Source: Selaginella moellendorffii
Taxonomy: Eukaryota; Plantae; Lycopodiophyta
DNA length: 27,931 bases
Reading direction: 5' to 3'
Assembly: GCF_000143415.4 (NCBI RefSeq)
Contig: NW_003314355.1
Location: 46,039 to 73,969, forward strand
Both the position numbers and the translations under genes were made by a program. The notes beneath the pieces were generated by a model. The model made no database searches, had not been told where the DNA came from, and was given only the letters and a program-made list of their open reading frames with translations. This document shows, piece after piece, positions 1-10,847 of this stretch (within the stretch, counting starts at the first letter, position 1; every line of letters begins with the position of its first letter).

Positions 1-448
1 CTCGGGTCCACCTCAGACTCCATTACGGACTCCATCTCGGACTCCATCTCGGGTCCATCTCGGACTCCATCTCGGACTCCATTTCGGGTCCATCTCGGGT
101 CCACCTCGGACTCCATCTCGGACTCCATCTCGGGTCCATCTCGGACTCCACTTTGGACTCCACTTTGGACTCCAACTCGGGTCCATCTCGGGTCCACCTC
201 GGACTCCATCTCGGACTCCATCTCGGACTCCATCTCGGGTCCATCTCGGACTCCATCTCGGACTCCATTTCGGGTCCATCTCGGGTCCACCTCGGACTCC
301 ATCTCGGACTCCATCTCGGACTCCATCTCGGGTCCATCTCGGACTCCACTTTGGACTCCAACTCGGGTCCATCTCGGGTCCACCTCGGACTCCATCTCGG
401 ACTCCATCTCGGACTCCATCTCGGGTCCATCTCGGACTCCATCTCGGA
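1..448. repeat. LTR-internal satellite of 11/12-mers CTCGGACTCCAT / CTCGGGTCCAT / CTCGGGTCCAC with a ~93 bp higher-order period
   Basis: Directly visible tandem array; the gtccacctc variant recurs near 6, 99, 193, 285 and 378. Confidence 0.95.
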
Positions 449-680
449 CACTCCCACGTGTCATGTGTTGGTCCTTTTGGGTCCCTTTTTGGAGCCTTGC
501 CTTTTGCTCGCTTCGTGCTCGTTCCTCGAGCACTTCGTTGGGAGTTCCACTCCCGCTCTTGACTTTTCAAGTCGGAGCTTTTGGTCCAAACGTGTTACGC
601 TCGTTTGGCTCTCGCTTCGGCCACTACCATGTGGCGCCCTTCCGGCTCCACTTTGGGGCCTAGGGATTTTGTGTCTCACA
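1..680 (-). repeat. 3' LTR of family A copy 1 (partial)
   Basis: 450-680 matches 6219-6449 with one substitution that I could see. It ends ...tgtgtctcaca (sense TGTGAGAC) next to the PPT. Confidence 0.9.
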
Positions 681-721
681 AATCCACCACCCATAGACGA
701 AGTTCGATGTCCTCATCGAAC
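681..721 (-). other. Polypurine tract (GGGTGGTGGA) with upstream GTTCGAT-GAGGAC-ATCGAAC hairpin
   Basis: Immediately precedes the LTR TG on the sense strand. The same arrangement occurs at 9271-9311, with an analogue at 19636-19673. Confidence 0.8.
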
Positions 722-1774
722 GGTAAACCCTTTCATAAAGTAACACCCACATGTGTTACCATTTCCATCTTTGGCACCTAGCCAATCTTTGTCTATGGTT
801 TGACATCAAAGGCTCACCATGCCTTGTCCATCCTTTAAGGAGCGTAGTCTCTCCAACTTAGAGATTGATTGGACCACATGTAATGGTTCTCCAATTTTAT
901 TGGTTTAGTTCTCGCTAAACCTCTTAGAGACCCTTCTCTAAGTCAATCCCACTACTCCTCCTTGAGTAGTCTCAATTTCCATTTATTGAATGTTTGCACC
1001 TTGGAACTTTCACTCTTTTGACTTTTTGGGAGTCAATTTCCTAGGTGTCTCCAACACCTTGCATTGCACAGATTGTGCAACTCCACTTCCCTATCCTAGG
1101 AAGTTCATTACTTGAGGGCACCATCATCCTCTCTTCTATTTCGTGCCACCTTGGGCACTAAGTTCCATTTATCATACCTTGTGCTAGGGCTGTCCATGGC
1201 CCTATCATTTGGCTACCTTACCGCTCCCTCACTTGGAGCCTCTACTTCGCCAAATTGGAGCACTTAGGAATCCGTCCTTGAAAGTCCGCTTCCTTTCCCA
1301 CAAGCTGTTAGCATCGAACACATTAGTGTTCCTTGGCTAACTTTGCCATTTGGATCCCTTCCATTAAATTCCATGGCCCAAACTTTGGCCACTAGTCCTT
1401 TGCTCCTATCCTTGATTGTTGCACCCAGCAACATCGGATCGCTACCTCCATTTTTGAGGTATCCTTTCGGTTCCATAGCAAAGACTCTTCTTTGCCAAGT
1501 CCGGAGGATGTTCACCCCTAGTATGTCTCTTTAGCATATTCTGCTATGGGCTCTATCCATGGCCCAACTTCGTGACCCTCCCATGGGTCTTTTATAGAGA
1601 CTACTTTCCTCGGACTCACTATGCCATCGCACGGACATAGTTTATTTCCCTTAGGTGCTCTTCCCACTTGGTCATCGCGACCAAGCCACACCATCTTAAA
1701 CAGTTCAATTTCAACATTTTGAACCAGGAACTTCATTCCTTAGCCAACCAAGGACCTTGTCCTTATCTAGCCAT

Positions 1775-2272
1775 AAGATCACCTAGTGATCTCACCTTGG
1801 CACCTTAACAGAGTTGCCAAGAGGTACTTGGTCTTCTAGACCTCCAAGTTGTTGACTATAACCCCGGGGGCATCCCCCACACTTGGCGGTGCACCCAAGC
1901 TAGCCCTTACGGCCAAGGGTTCATAGCAACTGAGATTAGGTGTCCCCATCTCACTCACCACGACCTTGGTGCCACTTGCACCAAAGTGTTCAAGTTAGAT
2001 ATGCTGAGTTTTCACACTAAGCAATCTAACCGTGCATCACGACTCCGAGGCATCCCTCGCTTGGCGGTGTGCCCAAACCAGTCTCCCCACTGAGAGTCCA
2101 TGACCACCGAAATATGAGTGTCCTCATATTCCAAACCATCACCACGCCCTAGTGATTTGGGACTCGAACCCAAGCACTAGAGGGTCGGGACTCGAACCCA
2201 ACCTCCGTATATGCATCTACGGACGGCATCACACTAGATGCCTGGCGTGACTCCCCACGCCGGTGCACCAAC
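1775..2272 (-). other. Dense stem-loop / tRNA-like structured RNA domain within the family A interior
   Basis: More than 12 consecutive hairpins, with G-U wobbles favouring the minus strand. Two covarying cloverleaves (1851-1930, 2032-2107) and two TTCGAGT T-loop hairpins (2149-2203). Confidence 0.7.
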
Positions 2273-4724
2273 CTATTTTTAAAGCGTGCTACAGATCACA
2301 GCTTAGGAACCTAGTTCCTCCACACTGCCAAGTCCTCTCACTTGACATGTCTATGATCATGCATGGACTCCTCCATGCTCGGCCCCATGGCCCACCCTTT
2401 TTGAAGTTATCACCTTCAACTAGGGTCTTTGTTCCCCCGACGTGCCAATCTCACTTGGCAAGTTCTCCGACCATTGTAACATGGTTCCTGCATAAGCGTG
2501 AAAGTCCTTGACCATCGACTTTCGTTCAAAGCCCTCTCTTTGAACACTCGGGAACTACTTCCCTAACCTTGATAACCTTGCCTCATGGCAAGCTTCAAGA
2601 CCACGCTTCTGCTGCGCCACTCTGATTTCGCGCGTTCCATGAACCATTTACACTTGGCATTTCTAGGTACTACGCTACCTAGAATCGTCTTTGGGAACCT
2701 TGAAAGAACTCTGTCCCTCAACTTGCTAAGGCCTCCCCTTTCGCAAGCTTTATAGTTGCCATATAGTCTAACATGGACAATTCCATATTTTAGACCCTCT
2801 ATGGCATCACGGTTGCTAGCAACAACATCCTCGAGCACCCTCTTGATTCTCCACTCCCAGCTGGCATAACCAACCTTGGTTATGCCCTTTGATTCCTATG
2901 GTTCGGTTCTATCCCCTTCTTGCTTTTTGGCTTCACACCTTTCCTTTGGTCATTCTCCTCCAGACCAGGAGGATAGCTTTGCACTTTCTATCATGCCTTA
3001 GCAAGTATTCTTAGGGATGAACCTACCCAATAGCCTAGGGAGTGGTTCCTCAATCCGGGTATGCTCACCCTATAATCCAACACGCTGGGATTACATTGTT
3101 GCTTATGGGCCTTTACATGCCCATCACTAGCCTTGCCAAAATTCCATTTTTGGCTTTGTCCAACTCGGGTAGACAGTCCTCTCCTGTCTCCGCAACCTTG
3201 GACATTTGGATAGCACCTTCTATCCACCATTCGCTAGGGACTTAGTCCCTTGGGCTTTATCCATTGCCCTCGCGACATCAAACACCACCTTCTGGTGTTC
3301 TAGAGTGTTCGGGTGTCCCAATGATGGCTTTCTTGACAATGAGTATTTCCTTTTATGACATTGACTTACTATATCGCAACATAAGCAACTTATCCCCCGT
3401 AAGGGTATATCCGACTTCCCTATACTAGAAGTCTTGGGTAGCTACCTTCTACCCGTTTAACCAGTTATTTTGCACCTCTTGCTTAGTTGCCTCATGGTTG
3501 TCAAGTTCTACAACTCATTGCTTGGTGCTTGCACACCTCCATCACTATCTGGGTCACCACACTCCAACTGCATGCTCTGCAGCTTAGGCTATGCCATTCC
3601 CATTTCCATTGGGATTCCTTTGGCAAGGGGTTCTCATGAACCCACCAACATAGCCTCAAGGTATCACACCTTGGCACATTTGGTGTCTCCACACCATCGG
3701 CTCCACGAGCCTACCTGTATGACATTTCCCTTCGTGTCTAAGTCTTTGCCAAGACCAACACCGCTCTTTCTCATGCCAACCGTCTGTTAGCACTGCCCCA
3801 TAGAGGTCACACACAACTTTATGTCAAAGTTGTTTTCTTCTGGGAACACCTTTCCCATAACTTTAGCATGGCACATTTTGCCATCGATGAGATACTCTCT
3901 GTTCTCATCCTTGGATCCTATGATCCCCCCCCCATCCTTTGTGGGGTACAACGCACCTCAGTCCAAATGCTTCATTCAGTCCTTTTAGGACCATTCGTTG
4001 ACTCTACTTGAGTCATCCAGCAGTTTTGGACTTGGTTAATCCAGAGACCCGTAAGGTCCTACTTGTGAGGCACTAGTTCACTAGAATACACTTTTTGCAT
4101 TCCTGTCCTACTCAAAAGGACTATTTTCACAAGTGTTACTCCGACACTTGATTTTGTTCTCTAGGGGCAACCTTTGCCCCTTAGGACTACTTGTCCATGT
4201 GATGAGAACACCAACTCATCCACTTAATACACCCCCAACTCCTTGGGTTGTTCCAGCATTTATTAGAGGTAGCCCCGGCCACCATTTCAAGGACTTGAGT
4301 CCTCTTCCGTATTTGACCTTCCACGGTCATTACCTTTGGTCTCACATTCATGAGCACCAACCTCAACTATATGAGGATAATCTTGTGACTCCTTTATTGT
4401 TTTGGAGTCTCTATCTTTCCCGTGATCCCAACTTTAGTTGTTTACCACAACAACCTTAGCCAATTTGCTGAGACAAATGCTCATCCGGATCACATCCTCA
4501 ACTCAATGAGGAAAACCTTGCACTGTTCCCAAGATCCCAAAGTCGTTCCATTATTGGCCCTTTTCTATCCACCACCTCGTCTACAAGTTCACACATGAAC
4601 TGTAATGGAGAGCCATGTCTTCCAGACTTGCTACTCCTCAAGGATAGGCCCACTCCTCGGACCTTCCGATGCCAACACTAGTGGTGATATACTTGAGCAC
4701 CAATAAAAGTCGGACTAAGGAACA

Positions 4725-4736
4725 GCTCCGATACCA
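4725..4736 (-). other. Primer binding site, tRNA-iMet type (TGGTATCGGAGC, one mismatch to TGGTATCAGAGC)
   Basis: Lies 3 nt after the LTR end CCTACA on the sense strand. Confidence 0.9.
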
Positions 4737-5662
4737 AATTGTAGGCGACTAAATTTTCCATTTTACTTTAGTCACTTAACCACACCTCCGACCACTTGGA
4801 GGAGTCTCATTCACAACCTCCATCAGTCCAATTCAGGACTTGGGACTTGCTAGCCCCAAGAATGGCATCCATGCCACTCCACACTTGCACCTGGTCCAAG
4901 TGCTCCACGTGTCCGGTCCTGAGACCGACACCCAAAGGTACCACTGACATCTCGGCCCGTTACGCTAAGGCCATGCCCATTCACCTTTGCTGCACTAGTG
5001 GTTCAACACCACTTGCATCACCACCTCGTCTCTCCAAGACTGGGTCATGTGTCCACGAGTGGTCATCCTAGATCCACTCCTTAGCATCCTTAGGATGCCC
5101 ACAGACCTGGGGAATTGCCTTCCCCAAAGTCCCTTTGTCAGTTCCTACCAAGTCCCTTTCTGCCCCTGGCCGTGTTTGCCAACACTACCACTGGATCGAG
5201 GCCCACAGGCCCGACCACTAAGTCCCACGGTCCTCTGGGACTTCCTCACCACATGACCGTGTCCTTGGTCACTACCCCAGAGGACTGCTCCTCCTCCTTT
5301 CCACAGTCTGGGCCTTTGGGACAACATTTCGGAACACTGTGGCCTTACGCGAGCCACCTGGGTACTCTCCCCGCCTTTCGCCTTTAGGTGCTCTAGCCAT
5401 GGGCTTAGAGCGAGATTCCGTTGAGCCACGCCTGGTATCCAAGTAGGTAGTGCCACCCACACTTGGACTGGGAGCATCGGCCAGTCGATCTCCCGGGGGA
5501 ACTAGAGCCGGCTCTTGAACACTTCACCAAGCTACCCCGCTTGTCGGTCCGTGTTCACTCTAGTCTTGGACTTCCCAGTGGGCAGCTCATCACCCAACAC
5601 TGGGTCCGGCCTTCCTGGGCCAAACTGGCCTTTCCTGGCCAAACTGGCTCCACTGCAGTCCT

Positions 5663-5733
5663 CCCCCTACTATACTTTTGGGGCTCACCAAACCCCCCAG
5701 GGTCTGGGAGACGAACGCTTTGGGCTTTCACCC
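5663..5733 (-). promoter_or_regulatory. Putative Pol I-like promoter: GGGTGAAAGCCCAAAGCG upstream of TATAGTAGGGGG
   Basis: The 18-mer is identical to rDNA IGS 22480-22497. The downstream motif matches the plant rRNA start-site consensus TATA(G)TA(N)GGG. Confidence 0.55.
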
Positions 5734-5742
5734 TCTCAGGCT

Positions 5743-6218
5743 CCGGACTCGGACTCGGACTCGGACTCGGACTCGGACTCGGATTCGGACTCGGACTCAG
5801 GCTCGGGTTCGGGCTCGGTCTTGGCCTCGGCCTCGGTCTCGGTCTCGGTCCCGATCTCGGTCTCGGTCTCGGTCTCAGTCCCGGTCTCAGTTCCGGTCTC
5901 CGTCTCGACTTCGGACTCCATCTCGGGTCCATCTCGGACTCCATCTCGGACTCCATTTCGGGTCCATCTCGGGTCCACCTCGGACTCCATCTCGGACTCC
6001 ATCTCGGACTCCATCTCGGGTCCATCTCGGACTCCATCTCGGACTCCATTTCGGGTCCATCTCGGGTCCACCTCGGACTCCATCTCGGACTCCATCTCGG
6101 GTCCATCTCGGACTCCACTTTGGACTCCAACTCGGGTCCATCTCGGGTCCACCTCGGACTCCATCTCGGACTCCATCTCGGACTCCATCTCGGGTCCATC
6201 TCGGACTCCATCTCGGAC
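5743..6218. repeat. LTR satellite: hexamers (CTCGGA/CTCGGT) then 11/12-mer array
   Basis: Directly visible tandem repeats. Confidence 0.95.
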
Positions 6219-6449
6219 ACTCCCACGTGTCATGTGTTGGTCCTTTTGGGTCCCTTTTTGGAGCCTTGCCTTTTGCTCGCTTCGTGCTCGTTCCTCGAGC
6301 ACTTCGTTGGGAGTTCCACTCCCGCTCTTGACTTTTCAAGTCGGAGCTTTTGGTCCAAACGTGTTACGCTCGTTTGGCTCTCGCTTCGGCCACTACCATG
6401 TGGCGCCCTTCCGGCTCCACTTTGGGGCATAGGGATTTTGTGTCTCACA

Positions 6450-7869
6450 ATCTGTTGGTCACTTTGCTCGAAAACCATTCCGTTTTCGTAAGCCAGTACA
6501 AACTAGTGAAGGGGTTGGAGTTGACTTCGGTTGGCTTAGACCTTGATAGGTAGTTTGTATGATGCGACCCGAAAGGGATGCTAACTTTTGGGGCTAAAGC
6601 AATTGAGTTGGATAGAGTCTGGAGTTGATGTAGAAAAGTGGCTGTTGCACTTTTCTAAGAAAGGTGACTCTTGTGCCTTTCTTTTGTAGCATTATGCTCG
6701 GTGGCAGGTTGCACCTTGCATTTCATTAGACTCTATGAGAGTAGTGAGCTCTCACTGATCTTGACTTAGTCTTGGTGGCCCTGCGCTTTGGCTAAGGATG
6801 GTGATGTCCAACTTGGTTGGTTAAGGTTAAGATGTTGGTACCCGTACTATAGCTTTGTCTATGAGGAGGTTGTGTACCGATATGAGTTCATCTCATGGTC
6901 TTCACTTTCGTTTCGGCTGGGTGTTGATCATGCATAGCTAGCCTCTTCAAGGCATGCTCAGAGCTAGTGGCTAAATGTTTGAGTGAGCTTATTGCGGTTG
7001 AGTTGGATTCGAGTGCTCATTTAGTTTGTGCTTGTCTATGAACTTTTATCTCGTACCTGGGGTATCACGTTCTTGTTGGACGAGTATATAACTTAGTGAC
7101 AAGCATTGGTGTTTGGGTCTTGTGAAGGCAAGTTGGGGAGTGATTGTTAGTTGCTTTGCGACTAGTGATTACTTGTAGACTTCATCAAGGACTGTTGACA
7201 CTTGCTTTGCTCGATGATAATTTAGCAGTGATGGGCTTGCTTTACCGGATAGTGTTGCAGAGGATCGTGTCGTTAGACATACATGGGTTTCCATGTTGAC
7301 ATGTCGACTCTACCTCTGTCGATATCATTTGGTTACATTTAGTCCGTGGTGTTGGATTTCATTGAGTCTTGGATGTGGTGATTCACTCTTTGATGAAATG
7401 TTATCTATAACTGAGTATTGCTGAAGGATTGGTCTCGGATACTAAGTATAGTATCTTCGACTTTGGTTAGCTTGGTTGCTGGAAAGCTCCGAGTGGTGAT
7501 TCACTCTTGCTTTCTTCTAGCTTTGTCCTGATGTTGATGGCATTGAAGTGATGCCTTGTCATTGATATTGTTGATATTGAGATCTGAGTGAAATGAGATA
7601 TCCTTCCAAAGATTGATATTGAGTTTCATTAGTCTTGATGAATATAGTGTTGATGATTTGGCTATAGCTTTGTGTTGTTGGCATTCGTGCATTTGCTAGT
7701 TAGCAACTGTGTTGATGTTCAAATGAACTGAGTGGCAAGTTGAGTTAGTTGTGTTCTAGACGAGATTGTTTAGTAAGGGTTGAGCTTTAGCTTTTCCTTG
7801 AAAAGTGATTTAGTCGTGGACTATGCTAACTCTACGAGAAGAAGAGTTAGTGATCGATATAAGAGCTCA
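6450..7869. other. Unassigned T/G-rich non-coding segment between the two family A copies
   Basis: No long ORF and no match elsewhere in the window; possibly decayed TE. Confidence 0.35.
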
Positions 7870-9270
7870 TCTCCAAGACTGGGCCATCTGTCCACGAGTG
7901 GTCATCCTGGATCCACTCCTTAGCATCCTTAGGATGCCCACAGACCTGGGGAATCGCCTTCCCGAAAGTCCCTTTGTCAGTTCCTACCAAGTCCCTTTCT
8001 GCCCCTGGCCGTGTTTGCCAACACTGCCACTGGATCAAGGCCCACAGGCCCGACCACTAAGTCCCATGGTCCTCTGGGACTTCCTCACCACACGACTGTG
8101 TCCTTGGTCACTACCCCAGAGAACTGCTCCTCTTCCTTTCCACAGTCTGGGCCTTTGGGACAACATTTCGGAACACCGTGGCCTTACGCGAGCCACCTGG
8201 GTACTCTCCTCGCCTTCTGCCCTTGGGTGCTCTAGCCATGGGCTTAGAGCGGGTTCCGTTGAGCCACACCAGGTATCCAAGTAGGTAGTGCCACCCACAC
8301 TTGGTCTGGGAGCATCGGCCAGTCGATCTCCCGGGGGAACTAGAGCCGGCTCTTGAACACTTCACCAAGCTACCCCGCTTGTCGGTCCGTGTTCACTCTA
8401 GTCTTGGACTTCCCAGTGGGCAGCTCATCACCCAACACTGGGTCCGGCCTTCCTGGGCCAAACTGGCCTTTCCTGGCCAAACTGGCTCCACTGCAGTCCT
8501 CCCCCTTACTATACTTTTGGAGCTCACCAAACCCCCCAGGGTCTGGGAGACGAACGCTTTGGGCTTTCACCCTCTCAGGCTCCGGACTCGGACTCGGACT
8601 CGGACTCGGACTCGGACTCGGACTCGGACTCGGGCTCGGGCTCGGTCTTGGCCTCGGCCTCGGTCTCGGTCTCGGTCCCGGTCTCGGTCCCGGTCTCGGT
8701 CTCGACTTCGGACTCCATCTTAGACTCCATCTCGGGTCCATCTCGGGTCCACCTCGGACTCCATCTCGGACTCCATCTCGGACTCCATCTCGGACTCCAT
8801 CTCGGACTCCATCTCGGGTCCATCTCGGGTCCATCTCGGACTCCATCTCGGACTCCATCTCGGGTCCATCTCGGACTCCATCTCGGACTCCATTTCGGGT
8901 CCATCTCGGGTCCACCTCGGACTCCATCTCGGACTCCATCTCGGACTCCATCTCGGACTGCATCTCGGACTCCATCTCGGGTCCATCTCGGGTCCATCTC
9001 GGACTCCATCTCGGACTCCATCTCGGGTCCATCTCGGACACTCCCACGTGTCATGTGTTGGTCCTTTTGGGTCCCTTTTTGGAGCCTCGCCTTTTGCTCG
9101 CTTCGTGCTCGTTCCTCGAGCACTTCGTTGGGAGTTCCACTCCCGCTCTTGACTTTTCAAGTCGGAGCTTTTGGTCCAAACGTGTTACGCTCGTTTGGCT
9201 CTCGCTTCGGCCACTACCATGTGGCGCCCTTCCAGCTCCACTTTGGGGCCTAGGGATTTTGTGTCTCACA
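7870..9270 (-). repeat. Family A 3' LTR, missing ~290 bp at its U5 end
   Basis: Homology starts abruptly at tctccaagact (=5031). Contains the promoter motif at 8501-8572 and the satellite at 8582-9038. Confidence 0.9.
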
Positions 9271-10349
9271 ACTCCACCACCCATAGACAAAGTTCGATGT
9301 CCTCATCGAACGGTAAACCCTTTCATAAAGTAACACCCACATGTGTTACCATTTCCATCTTTGGCACCTAGCCAATCTTTGTCTATGGTTTGACATCAAA
9401 GGCTCACCATGCCTTGTCCATCCTTTAAGGAGCGTAGTCTCTCCAATTTAGAGACTGATTGGACCACATGTAATGGTTCATCCTTTTATTGGTTTAGTTC
9501 TCGCTAAACCTCTTAGAGACCCTTCTCTAAGTCAATCCCACTACTCCTTCTCGAGTAGTCTCAATTTCCATCGATATAACCTTTGCACTTTGGAACTTTG
9601 AATTTTGACTTCTTGGAGTCAATTTCTTAGGTGTCTCCGACACCTTGCCTTGCACCTTTTGTGCAACTCCACTTCCCATCCTAGGAAGTTCTCTACTCGA
9701 GGGCACCATCATCCTCTCTTCTATTTCGTGCCAAAGTTCCAGTTATCATACTTTGTGCTAGGGCTGTTCATGGCCCTATCATTTGGCTACCTTACCGCTC
9801 CCTCCCTTGGAGCTTCCACTTTTGCCAAATCGGAGCATTTCGGAATCCCTCCTTGGAAACACACTTCCTTTCCCGCAACTTGTTAGCGTCCAACACATTA
9901 GTGTTCCTCGCCTAACTTTGTCACTTGGATTCCTTCCAAGGGATTCCACGGCCCTATCTTGGCCACTCATCTTTTGCTCCTATCCGTTGATTGTTGCACC
10001 AAGCAACATCGAATCTCTACCTCCCTCCTTGAGGTATTGTTTCGGTTCCATAGCAAAGACTCTTCTTTGCCAAGTCCGGAGGACGTTCACCCCTAGTACG
10101 TCTCTTTAGCATCTTCTGCTATGGGCTCTATCCACGGCCCAACTTCGTGACCCTCCCATGGGTCTTTTATAGAGACTACTTTCCTCGGACTCACTATGCC
10201 ATCGCACGGTCATAGTTTATTTCCCTTAGGTGCTCTTCCCACTTGGTTATCACGACCAAGCAACACCACCTTAAACAGTTCAATTTCAACATTTTGAACC
10301 AGGAACTTCATTCCTTAGCCAACCAAGGACCTTGTCCTTATCTGGCCAT

Positions 10350-10847
10350 AAGATCACCTAGTGATCTCACCTTGGCACCTTAACAGAGTTGCCAAGAGGT
10401 ACTTGGTTTTCTAGACCTCCAAGTTGTTGACTATAACCCCGGGGGCATCCCCCACACTTGGCGGTGCACCCAAGCTAGCCCTTACGGCCAAGGGTTCATA
10501 GCAACTGAGATTAGGTGTCCCCATCTCACTCACCACGACCTTGGTGCCACTTGCACCAAAGTGTTCAAGTTAGATATGCTGAGCTTTCACACTAAGCAAT
10601 CTAACCGTGCATCACGACTCCGAGGCATCCCTCGCTTGGCGGTGTGCCCAAACCAGTCTCCCCACTGAGAGTCCATGACCACCGAAATATGAGTGTCCTC
10701 ATATTCCAAACCATCACCACGCCCTAGTGATTTGGGACTCGAACCCAAGCACTAGAGGGTCGGGACTCGAACCCAACCTCCGTATATGCATCTACGGATG
10801 GCATCACACAAGATGCCTGGCGTGACTCCCCACGCCGGTGCACCAAC
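10350..10847 (-). other. Second copy of the structured RNA domain
   Basis: Only a few substitutions versus 1775-2272, and those I checked lie mostly in loops or linkers. Confidence 0.7.

Larger units (their letters stand above)
1..6449 (-). mobile_element. Non-autonomous (non-coding, LARD-like) LTR retrotransposon, family A copy 1; 3' LTR runs off the window start
   Basis: Direct LTRs at <1-680 and 4740-6449 (sense TGTGAGAC...GCCTACA), PBS at 4725-4736, PPT at 681-692. The ~4.05 kb interior has no ORF >110 aa and is colinear with the copy at 9271-13321. Confidence 0.9.
4740..6449 (-). repeat. 5' LTR of family A copy 1 (1710 bp)
   Basis: TG...CA termini, adjacent PBS, homology to 1-680 and 7870-9270. 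Confidence 0.92.

Noticed and set aside
1-448. CRISPR-like array
   Set aside because: No unique spacers and no cas genes; eukaryotic satellite.
13-743. ORFs of 140-340 aa with WSPR/ESEM/LGLH repeats (also 5463-6491 and 8301-9333)
   Set aside because: Stop-free translations of the LTR satellite in many frames on both strands.
2149-2272. Canonical tRNA gene or tRNA-Sec
   Set aside because: No acceptor stem, A box or 7-nt anticodon loop; retained only as a tRNA-like structure.
4740-6449. Retrozyme with hammerhead ribozyme
   Set aside because: No CUGANGA/GAAA core with proper stems was seen by eye.
6453-7869. Solo LTR (TGTTG...CA ends)
   Set aside because: No terminal inverted match beyond TG/CA and no TSD.
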